From the NCBI GenBank assembly GCA_965277715.1, contig OZ255836.1:416001-480000 (forward strand): DNA of 64,000 nt. Direction: 5' to 3'. A model generated the notes under the pieces. The model did no database searches. It saw only the letters and a program-made list of their open reading frames with translations, and had not been told where the DNA came from. This document shows, one piece after another, positions 41,852 to 52,715 of this stretch. The translations under genes and the position numbers were made by a program. The number at the start of each line of letters is the position of its first letter. The first letter of the stretch is position 1. Origin of the DNA: Gammaproteobacteria bacterium. Lineage in GTDB: Bacteria > Pseudomonadota > Gammaproteobacteria > JBCCGL01.

Positions 41852-41879
41852 AGAATAACGTGGTGGGTATTATTGTCAA
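41852..41879 (-). promoter_or_regulatory. Sigma70 promoter of the C4 operon
   Basis: TTGACA-16 nt-TATTCT on the minus strand. Confidence 0.6.
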
Positions 41880-42294
41880 TCGACAAATGACGCGATGAGA
41901 ACGAGGCAAAATAAAACACTACCCAACATGTCCATCGAGGAAAGAGAGCGCTGGCAGTTTTTCAAAGTAATGCTAAAACCACGCAAAAATACCTGGACAG
42001 GCAAATCGATTGGGTATTTTACAGCCAATACTGAAGTTGCGATGTTGAATTCCACGTTGCGCAATGCTGGAACCACCAGTGGAATAGCACGATAATTCTG
42101 AGCAATTAGCGAATTGGCGGCTTTTGCATTCCATAGAATAACTCCCTATTGACTCTATCAATATCTGGATACCAAAGAGAGTCCCTAAAGCTTTCATTAA
42201 TTTTCGCTCGAAGAGAGTTACCGTGCTCGCGAGTAGCACGAATTTTACTTCGGCTTACTTCATTAGGATTTACTGAGCCAGAAAGGACTTCGCT

Positions 42295-42718
42295 ATGAGC
42301 AAATCGCCATTTCTCACGTCTATATCTGAATTTATGCAGGTGCGTCATACAGCAAGCGCACTATAAGCACTTACATTTTCTGGATTAAGGCGTTCATCAT
42401 TTTCAATGATAAAAAACACCCTAAAAACTTGGGTGACGCGGAAGTCGAATCATTTTTAACTTACCTGGCCGTCAAGCGAAAGGTTGCGGCTAGCACTCAA
42501 TCGCTGGCATTGAATGCGATTGCCTTCCTTTATAATAAATTCCTTGATTCACCTATCGGTGATTTGAGCAATATCACCGGTCTTACAGACAGCGCAAACT
42601 ACCTACCATCCTTACAGCCAGCGAAATCAAGCTGCTGTTTTCCCACCTCGAAACAAAGCATCGGTTGATGGCTTGCGTTATGTACGGATCCGGTTTACGC
42701 CGTATTGAGCTGGTAGAA
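42295..42718 (+). pseudogene. Integron integrase (IntI-like) 5' fragment, frameshifted
   Basis: MSKSPFL..SKRTISTY..HPKNLG..EVESFLTYLA..ASTQSLALNA..KLPTILT..MYGSGLR; truncated before the C-terminal catalytic residues. Confidence 0.8.
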
Positions 42719-42773
42719 ATGGACTTTAAGGGATAATGCTTCCGTGTAAGCACATGAAAAACATGAGAAAAGT

Positions 42774-42850
42774 TGGTAGGCGCGGAGGAACTCGAATCCC
42801 CGACCCCCACCATGTCAAGGTGGTGCTCTAACCAACTGAGCTACGCGCCT
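42774..42850 (-). tRNA. tRNA-Val(GAC)
   Basis: AGGCGCGTAGCTCAGTTGGTTAGAGCACCACCTTGACATGGTGG...TTCGAG...CGCGCCTACCA cloverleaf. Confidence 0.96.
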
Positions 42851-42998
42851 GCCGAGGGGGCGCAAGGTATCATGCGGCTACTTTCAACGTCAAGAAGGAT
42901 GCGTTAAAAAAACGTGGGGTTAAGACCAAACGGGTAACATCACAGCACTAAAAACAAAGCATGGTACGCCGCCCAACTGTATAATTTGCGCGCTTTGA

Positions 42999-44444
<1,446 letters not shown>

Positions 44445-44451
44445 ATAAAGG

Positions 44452-45609
44452 ATGGAAATCCATTGGCCAATTGGGTTGAACGAGGCGCAATTCATCCACG
44501 ATTATTGGCAAAAACAGCCTTTGCTCATTCGCCAGGCGTTTCCCTGTTTTGAAAACCCATTACCCCCGGAAGAGTTAGCCGGGTTAGCCTGTGAAGAGGG
44601 CATTGCAGCCCGGCTGATAAGCCATCAGGCCGACCGTGGCTGGCAATGCAAACACGGCCCTTTCTGTGAGCATGACTTTGCTGAATTGCCAGACAGTGAC
44701 TGGTCACTATTGGTCACGGATATCGAAAAGCACTTACCGGATTTTATCGCCTACCTACAGCCTTTTCGCTTTATCCCCGACTGGCGCATCGATGATTTAA
44801 TGATAAGCCTGGCACCACCGGGTGGCTCAGTAGGCCCGCACGTTGATCAATATGATGTGTTCCTGCTCCAGGCAGAGGGGAGCCGTCGCTGGTCGATCAC
44901 AACGAATCCTGATGCCCTGCAAACAACAGCCAATACAAACCAAAACAGTCGATTAAAAATGTTGGATGGTTTTATTGCCGAGCAGGAATGGGTGTTACAA
45001 CCCGGTGATATGCTCTACTTGCCACCGGGTGTTGCGCATCACGGTGTTGCAATTGATCAGTGTATGACGTGGTCTATCGGTTTTCGTGCCCCCTCTATTC
45101 GCCAGCTTGTAACGGCGTGGTTTGAGCACTTTATTGATACATTGCCGGACGATGAACGGTTTCACGATGCACTGAAATCACCACAAACAGTGCGGGGAAG
45201 GATTGATGCCAGGACCCTGGAAAACATTGATTCGATACTCCAACCTTTATTGACCCAGGCAATGATTAACGCCAAAGACTGGTTCGGTGCCTCCATTACA
45301 GAAGCGCCGCTGGTATTGGAAGGTGGAGAGGAAAAAATTCAGGCGGACGAGCTTGTTGCGTTAATCCAGCAGGGCGCTGTGATTGAACGGCGTACCGATT
45401 GCCGTTTTGCGTTTATCGAGACCCAGAACACCTGCCTGCTATATGTTAACGGTGAGTCGTTTGTAAGTACCCCTGAGTTGGCGGCATTGCTCTGTGATGG
45501 GTATGGTTATTTGTCTATGCAGTTGGTGCCCTATATTTCAAACACGCACGATTGTGAGTTGCTTTGTTGTCTCGTCAATAATGGGGCGTTGTTTGTAACA
45601 GCTTCGTAG
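44452..45609 (+). CDS. roxA: JmjC ribosomal protein uL16 hydroxylase RoxA/YcfD
   Basis: WQKQPLLIRQ, WRIDDLMIS, GPHVDQYDVF, GDMLYLPPGVAH; follows purB. Confidence 0.88.
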   Translation: MEIHWPIGLNEAQFIHDYWQKQPLLIRQAFPCFENPLPPEELAGLACEEGIAARLISHQADRGWQCKHGPFCEHDFAELPDSDWSLLVTDIEKHLPDFIAYLQPFRFIPDWRIDDLMISLAPPGGSVGPHVDQYDVFLLQAEGSRRWSITTNPDALQTTANTNQNSRLKMLDGFIAEQEWVLQPGDMLYLPPGVAHHGVAIDQCMTWSIGFRAPSIRQLVTAWFEHFIDTLPDDERFHDALKSPQTVRGRIDARTLENIDSILQPLLTQAMINAKDWFGASITEAPLVLEGGEEKIQADELVALIQQGAVIERRTDCRFAFIETQNTCLLYVNGESFVSTPELAALLCDGYGYLSMQLVPYISNTHDCELLCCLVNNGALFVTAS

Positions 45610-45648
45610 TAACTGATAGGTTTATGTATTACTGGTTATATACGCTCT

Positions 45649-46896
45649 TTAGGTAAATCTACTCGCAGAAAACGCGGAAATATCAATATCAGGTGATGCC
45701 CCGCAGGTTATATCGCTGATGATTTTCCCTGTAATGCCGCCCAGCGTTAACCCTATATGGTGATGCCCATAGGCAAACAGGATGTTACTGGAGACAGGCG
45801 AGGCGCCAATGACTGGCAGCGCATCCGGCAGGGTGGGACGAAAACCAATCCAATCCTGTTCGGGTTTGCCAATATCACCAAACATATGGTGTGACATGCG
45901 GGTTAGGTAATCGATTCGCCGCTGGTTTTTTGGTTTATCCAGCCCGGCGATTTCAACCGTGCCAGCAATGCGCAAACCAGCATCCATGGGCGTGCTGTAG
46001 AAACCGGCATCTGCCCAGCCCACGGGCCTGCTCAATAAACCCCTGTGTTGTGGGTATTGAATATGGTAGCCCCGCTCAGTGCCGAGCGGGGTGTGTGCCG
46101 CACCACAACCCGCAATGCGCTGTGAATGCGCGCCTGCGGCGATAACACAAAAACGCGCTGCCACTGTTTCACCGCTGTCGAGGTGTACGGATACTCCATC
46201 AGTGCTGGCTGTGGTGTGCATTGCCGACCGTGCTACATATTCACCGCCTACAGCAGTGAACTGCGCAACAAAACGCTCAACCAGTGTTTGTGGGTTAGTG
46301 ATGTAGCGTGCGCCTTTGTAGAGAAACCCTTTGTAAAGCGGCAACTTTAAGTGGGGTTCCAGCGCGAGAATATCATCGGCGTCGAGCGTCTCCATCACGT
46401 TACCATTGCGCCGCCGGGTTTCATAACCGGCGCCCGCATTGTCAAACGATTGTTTGCGTGAATAGACATACAGGCAATCGTTGGCGACCACGAGGTCTTG
46501 TGCCGCTGCCGCTTTAATTAACGGATCTAACCCGGCATTGCTGTGGCTCAACAGCCCACCTAAACTATCACTGATATGGCGGACACGTGCTTTAGTACAG
46601 TTGCGCAGGAATGCCAGTATCCACGGCATGTGCTGGATGGCATAACGCCAATCAAACGACAGAGGGCTGTCTTTGGCAAACAGCAGTGAGGGCAGTTGGC
46701 AAAATAGGGCTGGGTCGTTAATCGGCACACACCCGTAGGTTGCGATGGTGCAGGCGTTGCCGTAGGAAGTACCACTACCCGGCGGGTTTTTGTCGATTAA
46801 TAACACCTTCAGCCCCCGCATCTGCGACCATAATGCGCAACAGGCGCCAACGATGCCTGCGCCGATAATAACGACATCATAGGGTTGTTTGTTCAT
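45649..46896 (-). CDS. D-amino acid dehydrogenase-like FAD oxidoreductase
   Basis: GAGIVG, TSYGNA, ERGYH, GFRPTLPD, GHHHIGLT. Confidence 0.85.
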   Translation of the reverse strand: MNKQPYDVVIIGAGIVGACCALWSQMRGLKVLLIDKNPPGSGTSYGNACTIATYGCVPINDPALFCQLPSLLFAKDSPLSFDWRYAIQHMPWILAFLRNCTKARVRHISDSLGGLLSHSNAGLDPLIKAAAAQDLVVANDCLYVYSRKQSFDNAGAGYETRRRNGNVMETLDADDILALEPHLKLPLYKGFLYKGARYITNPQTLVERFVAQFTAVGGEYVARSAMHTTASTDGVSVHLDSGETVAARFCVIAAGAHSQRIAGCGAAHTPLGTERGYHIQYPQHRGLLSRPVGWADAGFYSTPMDAGLRIAGTVEIAGLDKPKNQRRIDYLTRMSHHMFGDIGKPEQDWIGFRPTLPDALPVIGASPVSSNILFAYGHHHIGLTLGGITGKIISDITCGASPDIDISAFSASRFT

Positions 46897-47028
46897 TGTT
46901 GGCCTCGTAGGGGCGATGCCCTAATGCGTTAAAAATAGAAAGCGGGTGTTGATGGGGATTTCACGTGTTATCGTTTAACAGTTAATAGTATCAAAATTAA
47001 AACACTAAATTTGAAGGTTCAATAAATA

Positions 47029-48156
47029 ATGAATAACCCTGCTACTTACGATGTGATTGTTATTGGGGCCGGTGTCGTCGGTATCGCTGTCGCCTCGGTG
47101 CTCTCCAATGATTTGCGCGTACTGATATTGGAGCGTGAAACGGTACCAATGTACCACTCGACCAGCCGCTCGGCGGCTATGTTGATCGAAAGTTACGGGG
47201 GAAGCGCGATGGAGCAGTTTATTCGCGGTAGCCGCCCGTTCTTTGTCAACCCGCCCGCTGGTTTCTGTGATGCGCCTCTGGCCAGCCCACGCGGTATTGT
47301 TACCCTCGCCAAAATCGGCCAGGAAGCGTTACTCAAACAGGCATTTGCAGGGCAGACAGGCAGTGATTTAATGTCGATAGCGGCACTGCAACAGCGCATC
47401 CCCGCTATTCGGGCGGGAAAATTTACGGGTGGTCTGCTCGATGAAAACGCCATGGATTTGGATGTCGATCAATTGTGCCAGGGGTATCTGCGCCAATTTA
47501 AGCAATTGGGTGGTGAGTTGGTTTGTGGGGCGGAGGTGAAACAAATACAGCGACGGCAGGGGCTGTGGACGGTAGGGTCGTCGGCAGGTGATTACTCTGC
47601 ACCACGCCTGATCAATGCTGCGGGAGCCTGGGCTGACGATGTTGCGAAAATGGCGCAGCTTACCGGGCTGGGCTTGCTACCGCATCGACGCACCGCCGCT
47701 ATTGTGGCATTTGAACAGCCCGCTGGGCGTGACTGGCCAATGATCGGTGATTTTGATGAAACCTGGTACGGGCGCCCGGAAGGCGAGTGGATGATGGTGT
47801 CGCTCGCCGAGGAAACGCCGATGCAGGCGTGTGATGCCTGGCCTGATGATATTGATGTGGCGACGGGTATCGATAACTTTCAACAGGCGCTGGATTTGGG
47901 TGAAGTAACCAAAGTAGTACGTAGCTGGGCGGGCTTGCGCACGTTTTCGCCAGACCGGCACCCGGTTGTGGGCTTCGACCCGCGCCAAGAAGGTTTCTTT
48001 TGGTTGGCAGGGCAGGGGGGAAGCGGTATTCACTCAGCGCCCGCTTTAACCCATGCGGCGGCGAGCTTAATTACAGGCAATACCTTTCCTGAATGGCTAA
48101 AGGTTGATACAGCGTTAATAACGTCCTTATCGCCACGCCGGTTTATGGACAAGTGA
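47029..48156 (+). CDS. DAO-family FAD-dependent oxidoreductase
   Basis: GAGVVG, HSTSRSAA, NAAGAWAD, WAGLRTF, GQGGSG. Confidence 0.85.
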   Translation: MNNPATYDVIVIGAGVVGIAVASVLSNDLRVLILERETVPMYHSTSRSAAMLIESYGGSAMEQFIRGSRPFFVNPPAGFCDAPLASPRGIVTLAKIGQEALLKQAFAGQTGSDLMSIAALQQRIPAIRAGKFTGGLLDENAMDLDVDQLCQGYLRQFKQLGGELVCGAEVKQIQRRQGLWTVGSSAGDYSAPRLINAAGAWADDVAKMAQLTGLGLLPHRRTAAIVAFEQPAGRDWPMIGDFDETWYGRPEGEWMMVSLAEETPMQACDAWPDDIDVATGIDNFQQALDLGEVTKVVRSWAGLRTFSPDRHPVVGFDPRQEGFFWLAGQGGSGIHSAPALTHAAASLITGNTFPEWLKVDTALITSLSPRRFMDK

Positions 48157-48201
48157 TAGTAGAATGACACAGTTAGGTTTACGTCGACGGGGGGTAAATA
48201 A

Positions 48202-48774
48202 ATGACGGCATGGATAAAAATGATCGGCGACGACGAGGCCGATAGCACGTTACTGGCGGTGCTGGATCGGGCGCGCACGCCTCACGGTACGGTTGATAAT
48301 GTGATGCGTGTGCATAGCCTGCGCCCGCATACGATGGATGGGCATGTAGCGCTTTACCGGGCGGCTCTGCACAATGATAACAACACACTGCCGCTGTGGT
48401 TTCTGGAGTTGGTGGGCAGTTACACCAGCTTACTTAATCGCTGCGACTATAGTTACACCAACCACGCCACGAACTTTAAGGTGCAACTGGGGGATGAACA
48501 GCGCGGCGATGAAATACTCGACGCCTTACACCAGCGCGCACCTGAGCGGGTGATGCAGGGCGCGCAGCTTGCCCTGCTACGCTACACTGAAAAGCTCACC
48601 CTACACCCCGGTGATATGGTTGAGGAGGATATAGTAAAGCTGCGTGACGCCGGTGCCAGCGATGGTGAAATACTCGAAGTGAATCAGGTCTGTGGTTATT
48701 TTAGTTATGCCAATCGGTTGTTAAATGGCCTGGGCGTGTCGTTGCAGGGTGATCATGTTGGGTATTATCGTTGA
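48202..48774 (+). CDS. AhpD/CMD-like peroxidase-related protein
   Basis: VHSLRP, NRCDYSYTNH, YANRLLNGLG. Confidence 0.75.
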   Translation: MTAWIKMIGDDEADSTLLAVLDRARTPHGTVDNVMRVHSLRPHTMDGHVALYRAALHNDNNTLPLWFLELVGSYTSLLNRCDYSYTNHATNFKVQLGDEQRGDEILDALHQRAPERVMQGAQLALLRYTEKLTLHPGDMVEEDIVKLRDAGASDGEILEVNQVCGYFSYANRLLNGLGVSLQGDHVGYYR

Positions 48775-48793
48775 ATTATGAAGCGGTTAATCC

Positions 48794-49828
48794 ATGAATA
48801 TTGACTGGCACAAAACCAGGCTTAGCTGTGATATTGACCTGTCAAAACCAGGGCGGCAGATAGGTGATTTGCGGTTGCCATTTTCAGATAACAATACGCC
48901 CTTGGGTTATTACCCCATGCCTATTATCTCGCTGGCAAACGGTGAGGGGCCAACACTGTTGTTGTGCGGGGGCACACACGGCGATGAATACGAAGGCCCG
49001 GCGGCCATTATGGATCTTGTGCACTCACTCGATCTGCGCCAGTTGCACGGGCGCATCATTGCACTGCCCGCCAGTAATGCCCCTGCATTTGCCGGTATAT
49101 CGCGCTGTTCGCCGCTGGATGGCGGCAACCTTAACCGGGCGTATCCCGGTGATGTCGACGGCGGGCCTACGGCGATGATTGCCCATTTTATTGAGTCCTT
49201 ATTATTGCCACAATGCGATGCGGCAATTGATTTTCACGCGGGGGGCAAGGCGAGTATTTATTCGGTGTTGGCGATGATCTGTTGTAGTGATGGCGCATTG
49301 TATCGGCAGAATTTACAACTGGCCCGCGCATTTGCCCCCGATTTTATCTGGCTATTAAACGGCCCGCGAACCGGCGGCTCGGTTAATGATGCGGCAAACC
49401 GGCAGGGTGTGCCGATGTTTGCCAGTGAGTTGTTTGGTGGTGGCCGGGTGTCCAGAGAGAGCTTTCGCAGAACCAAAGAAGGCGTTTACCGGGTAATGCG
49501 GTCGCTGGGTATGTTGGCAGGTGAGATGTCTGAACCCACTACAGTGGCACTGCTGATTGAAGGCATCGAAAACGGTGGCGTGTTTGCGCGCCGCGCCGGT
49601 GTATTTGTACCCAGTATTGACCTTAATGAGGTCGTTGCCAGGGGCGATAAAGTCGGGACGCTATACAGTGTGTTGGAACCGGAGCGTGCCCCCTTGCCTT
49701 TGTACAGCCCGGTGGCGGGAACACTGATCTCGATGGTGCACCGTGGAGCGGTGGAGCGGGGCGAACGTTTGTTGTTATTTGCGCAGGTTTCGGCGCACGA
49801 ACCCTTGCCAACATTGGACAGCGTTTGA
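48794..49828 (+). CDS. Succinylglutamate desuccinylase/aspartoacylase family deacylase (DoeB-like)
   Basis: GGTHGDEYEG, NLNRAYPG, IDFHAGG zinc motifs. Confidence 0.82.
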   Translation: MNIDWHKTRLSCDIDLSKPGRQIGDLRLPFSDNNTPLGYYPMPIISLANGEGPTLLLCGGTHGDEYEGPAAIMDLVHSLDLRQLHGRIIALPASNAPAFAGISRCSPLDGGNLNRAYPGDVDGGPTAMIAHFIESLLLPQCDAAIDFHAGGKASIYSVLAMICCSDGALYRQNLQLARAFAPDFIWLLNGPRTGGSVNDAANRQGVPMFASELFGGGRVSRESFRRTKEGVYRVMRSLGMLAGEMSEPTTVALLIEGIENGGVFARRAGVFVPSIDLNEVVARGDKVGTLYSVLEPERAPLPLYSPVAGTLISMVHRGAVERGERLLLFAQVSAHEPLPTLDSV

Positions 49829-49903
49829 CACAATTTGATGCTAACCATCACAGTGGTGAGCCGGTGCAGGTTGATAAGGCACCTGGGGTTGGGTAGTAGC
49901 AGG

Positions 49904-52702
49904 CTATTGTACATAATCACATGATGGCCGCACAAAATCGGCAATCCGCCGCATGGTATAGGTATCGTAAGTTGCCGGATTGTCCGCATAGCCATCGGCG
50001 AGCCGATAGGCGGTTACCCCGTTTGGCACCATAATCACATAGTTTCCCCCCACGCCGTGCATGGTGGGCGCGACGATCCAGCAATCGTCGTCAACCTGGT
50101 ACGGTATTAACCACAGCGATGTCGCGTAGTGTGCCTGGCCACCCCGCCGGTAATACCAGCCACTCGGCAAGCCGGTCTCTCTATCGACCTCCATCAGCTT
50201 GCGGGTCAGTGCCTTGTGCAGCACTTGTTCACTTTTGTAACGCCCCTGGTTTCTGATCAGTTTTACCACTTTGGCAATATCATCGACGGTGGCAAACATT
50301 TGCCAGCCCAGCTCGGGCACGCGCCTGCGCGGGTCTGGATCATGGGCGTATGCCACCGGTAGATGGCGAATGCCGATGGGCCGGTAAACCTCGCTTAGCA
50401 TCATCTCCCACAACTGGGCATCGTCACCTTCGCGTGTCTTAAGGAAACGATCCATCGCTGCGCTCAACACAAAGGTATCGACAGTGCGGTAGCGCAATAC
50501 CTCGCCGGGTTGCCAGGGGTAACGCCCAAACGCGCCGATAGCGCGTAGCTTATCGTCGACGGTACGCGCTGCAAAAACCGCTTGCCCGAGCGGTGAGTTG
50601 TCAGCGTCGACGTAGGTGTTGACGCGCTCGGGAACGACGTTGCCAATACCGGTTGCCATGTCGATAGCATGGCGAAAGCGCACACCCTGCCAGCCGTCGT
50701 GATCGGCGGGTATATCGATATAGTCGAGGATTTTTTCGTCCAGCACATCGACACCGTATTTTTCTGCCAGGCGCAACAGGGCCAGTGCGGCTCCCATCGA
50801 CTTGGCCACCGAATACACCGAGTGGCGCATGGCATCGCAATAGGGGTAGTCGCCGTAGCGCGTATGGCAACCCCGGCTGTAGATCACGCCATCGATAATC
50901 ATACCGCTGCTGGTAATGTGCTCTTTACCGCCCTGGCTATCGAAGTAGTCGAGCAGCGCCGGATTGATGCTGTCGTATAGCACCGACCAGGGCTTGACCG
51001 GTTCGCGCCGGGCGGCGAACGCCAGGTAGTCATCGATAAGGTGTTGCGTATCGGGGGGGTGTGTTGCAACCCTTTGTGCGTTGAGCTGCCCCCAGGCGTC
51101 GAATTTATACCAGGGCGAAGACTCCTGCACGATCTGGTAGCGGAGGTTGGATATCGTCTGTTCATCGAAGGTAAACATGGCCAGACCATTGCGTGCGCTG
51201 CCATCGCGTTTACCGATCAGGGCGAAGGGAAATGAAGCACGCGAATAACCTGCATCACCGGCCTCAGACCAGATTCGGCCAGCCCCTACCAGGAGCGACC
51301 AGTTGGGGTTGTCGGTTTCCATTAACCCCGGCTCAACGGGAATCAATTGGCCCTGGTGCGAGACAAAATGAATAGTCACGGCGGGGAAGCTACCAAACCC
51401 GGTGCGCGGTACCCCACCGGCGCGTTGGCCAATAATCTCACTCGTGTCGATTTTTACACCTGCATTAAAGGCGTGAAGGGCTGCACTGTGCTCACCTACG
51501 GGTAAAAACTGACTATTCTGCAAGGGTGCCTGTAGGCTGGCGGTGTCGTCCATCAGCCCGGTGTGCCTGGCGTGTACTCGCCCGTGTGCCTTATTGGTTG
51601 TATTAGTATTGGCGGCAGTGGGGGGTGGTGCAGCAAACCTGACCACGGGCGACCGGCTGCTCAGTTCGGTGGCAATATAGATTCCCAAACCGGCCACACC
51701 TGCCGCGATAGCTATTTTGTAACCGGCGCGCAAGTGCCCAGGGGTGATGTAGGCCATTGCCTGCCTGCTGACCAGGCGGGGGTTGGCAGCTATCGATACA
51801 ATATCTGCCAGGAGTATCAAAACCACATAAATACTGGCAAAGATAACCCCACAGGCCTGAATAACCGGCACATCGCGGGCCGATACGGCATCGACAAACA
51901 AGGTGCCTAAACCGGGGTAAACGAAGATTATTTCAATAATCACCACGCCGGTAATCAACACCGCGAAGCCGAGCGAAACCGCGTTGGCAATGGTGCCGAT
52001 ATTATTGGGGATAACATGGTGCAACATAATGCGCGCTGGCGTCAGGCCTTTTAATTCGGCCATTTGCACATAGGGGGCCGACAGCGTATTAATCAGCGCG
52101 GCACGCACAATACGCATTACCGGTGGAATGGTGATAATCGCCAGGGTCAGGATCGGCAGTATCGCGGCGTGGAGTTTTTCCAACAGTGGCGCTGAGTCCT
52201 CGACCAATGCCAGGCTGGGCAACCAGCCTAGGCCAACGGCCAACATCCCCATCAGCGCATAACCGACCAGAAACTCCGGTGTCGAGATCATCACCGCCGA
52301 GCTGCCAAGCAACACCCGGTCTGTCCTTGAGTAGCGCCGCAATGCTGTGAATACCCCTAGCGCAATAGCGATGGGAAAAGACACCAGCGCGACGAAAAAT
52401 GCCAGCCACAAGGTGCGCAGCAGGCGCCTGCTGACAACCGGTTCAATGGCATAACCGGCCCAGGCACTACCAAAGTCGAACCGTACCATGCGCACCAGCC
52501 ATTGCGCATAACGCTCTGGCAGTGAGTGGTAGAGGCCGAGTTTTTCGCGGATAACATCGCCGGTCTGTTGCGAGTATTCACGCCCCAGCAGTTCTGAGGC
52601 GAAATCACCAGGCATCGCCTCGGTGCCGAGAAAAATCAGCAGAGAGGTGGCAATCAGGGTTACCAGGCCATAGAGAAATCGCTTGATAATAAGCCTGGTC
52701 AT
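49904..52702 (-). CDS. Fusion: DppB-like ABC permease plus beta-lactamase-fold serine hydrolase
   Basis: N-terminal MPGD, DFGSAW, EAA-like loop AELKGL, RDVPVIQ, ANPR; C-terminal YSVAKS (SxxK), YRT, HGVGGN in one 932-aa frame. Confidence 0.75.
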   Translation of the reverse strand: MTRLIIKRFLYGLVTLIATSLLIFLGTEAMPGDFASELLGREYSQQTGDVIREKLGLYHSLPERYAQWLVRMVRFDFGSAWAGYAIEPVVSRRLLRTLWLAFFVALVSFPIAIALGVFTALRRYSRTDRVLLGSSAVMISTPEFLVGYALMGMLAVGLGWLPSLALVEDSAPLLEKLHAAILPILTLAIITIPPVMRIVRAALINTLSAPYVQMAELKGLTPARIMLHHVIPNNIGTIANAVSLGFAVLITGVVIIEIIFVYPGLGTLFVDAVSARDVPVIQACGVIFASIYVVLILLADIVSIAANPRLVSRQAMAYITPGHLRAGYKIAIAAGVAGLGIYIATELSSRSPVVRFAAPPPTAANTNTTNKAHGRVHARHTGLMDDTASLQAPLQNSQFLPVGEHSAALHAFNAGVKIDTSEIIGQRAGGVPRTGFGSFPAVTIHFVSHQGQLIPVEPGLMETDNPNWSLLVGAGRIWSEAGDAGYSRASFPFALIGKRDGSARNGLAMFTFDEQTISNLRYQIVQESSPWYKFDAWGQLNAQRVATHPPDTQHLIDDYLAFAARREPVKPWSVLYDSINPALLDYFDSQGGKEHITSSGMIIDGVIYSRGCHTRYGDYPYCDAMRHSVYSVAKSMGAALALLRLAEKYGVDVLDEKILDYIDIPADHDGWQGVRFRHAIDMATGIGNVVPERVNTYVDADNSPLGQAVFAARTVDDKLRAIGAFGRYPWQPGEVLRYRTVDTFVLSAAMDRFLKTREGDDAQLWEMMLSEVYRPIGIRHLPVAYAHDPDPRRRVPELGWQMFATVDDIAKVVKLIRNQGRYKSEQVLHKALTRKLMEVDRETGLPSGWYYRRGGQAHYATSLWLIPYQVDDDCWIVAPTMHGVGGNYVIMVPNGVTAYRLADGYADNPATYDTYTMRRIADFVRPSCDYVQ

Positions 52703-52715
52703 GGCATTTTAAGGC

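Larger units (their letters stand above)
14650..42773. mobile_element. Decayed genomic island between der and the 3' end of tRNA-Val
   Basis: Dense tra, TA, IS and integrase fragments between housekeeping blocks; left boundary approximate, no att duplication seen. Confidence 0.75.

Noticed and set aside
41895-42348. Several short overlapping ORFs upstream of the IntI stub
   Set aside because: No recognisable motifs or RBS; cannot be supported as genes
42754-42765. ATGAAAAACATG also present ~40 bp after tRNA-Ser
   Set aside because: 12-bp AT-rich match in opposite orientation relative to the two tRNAs; likely chance
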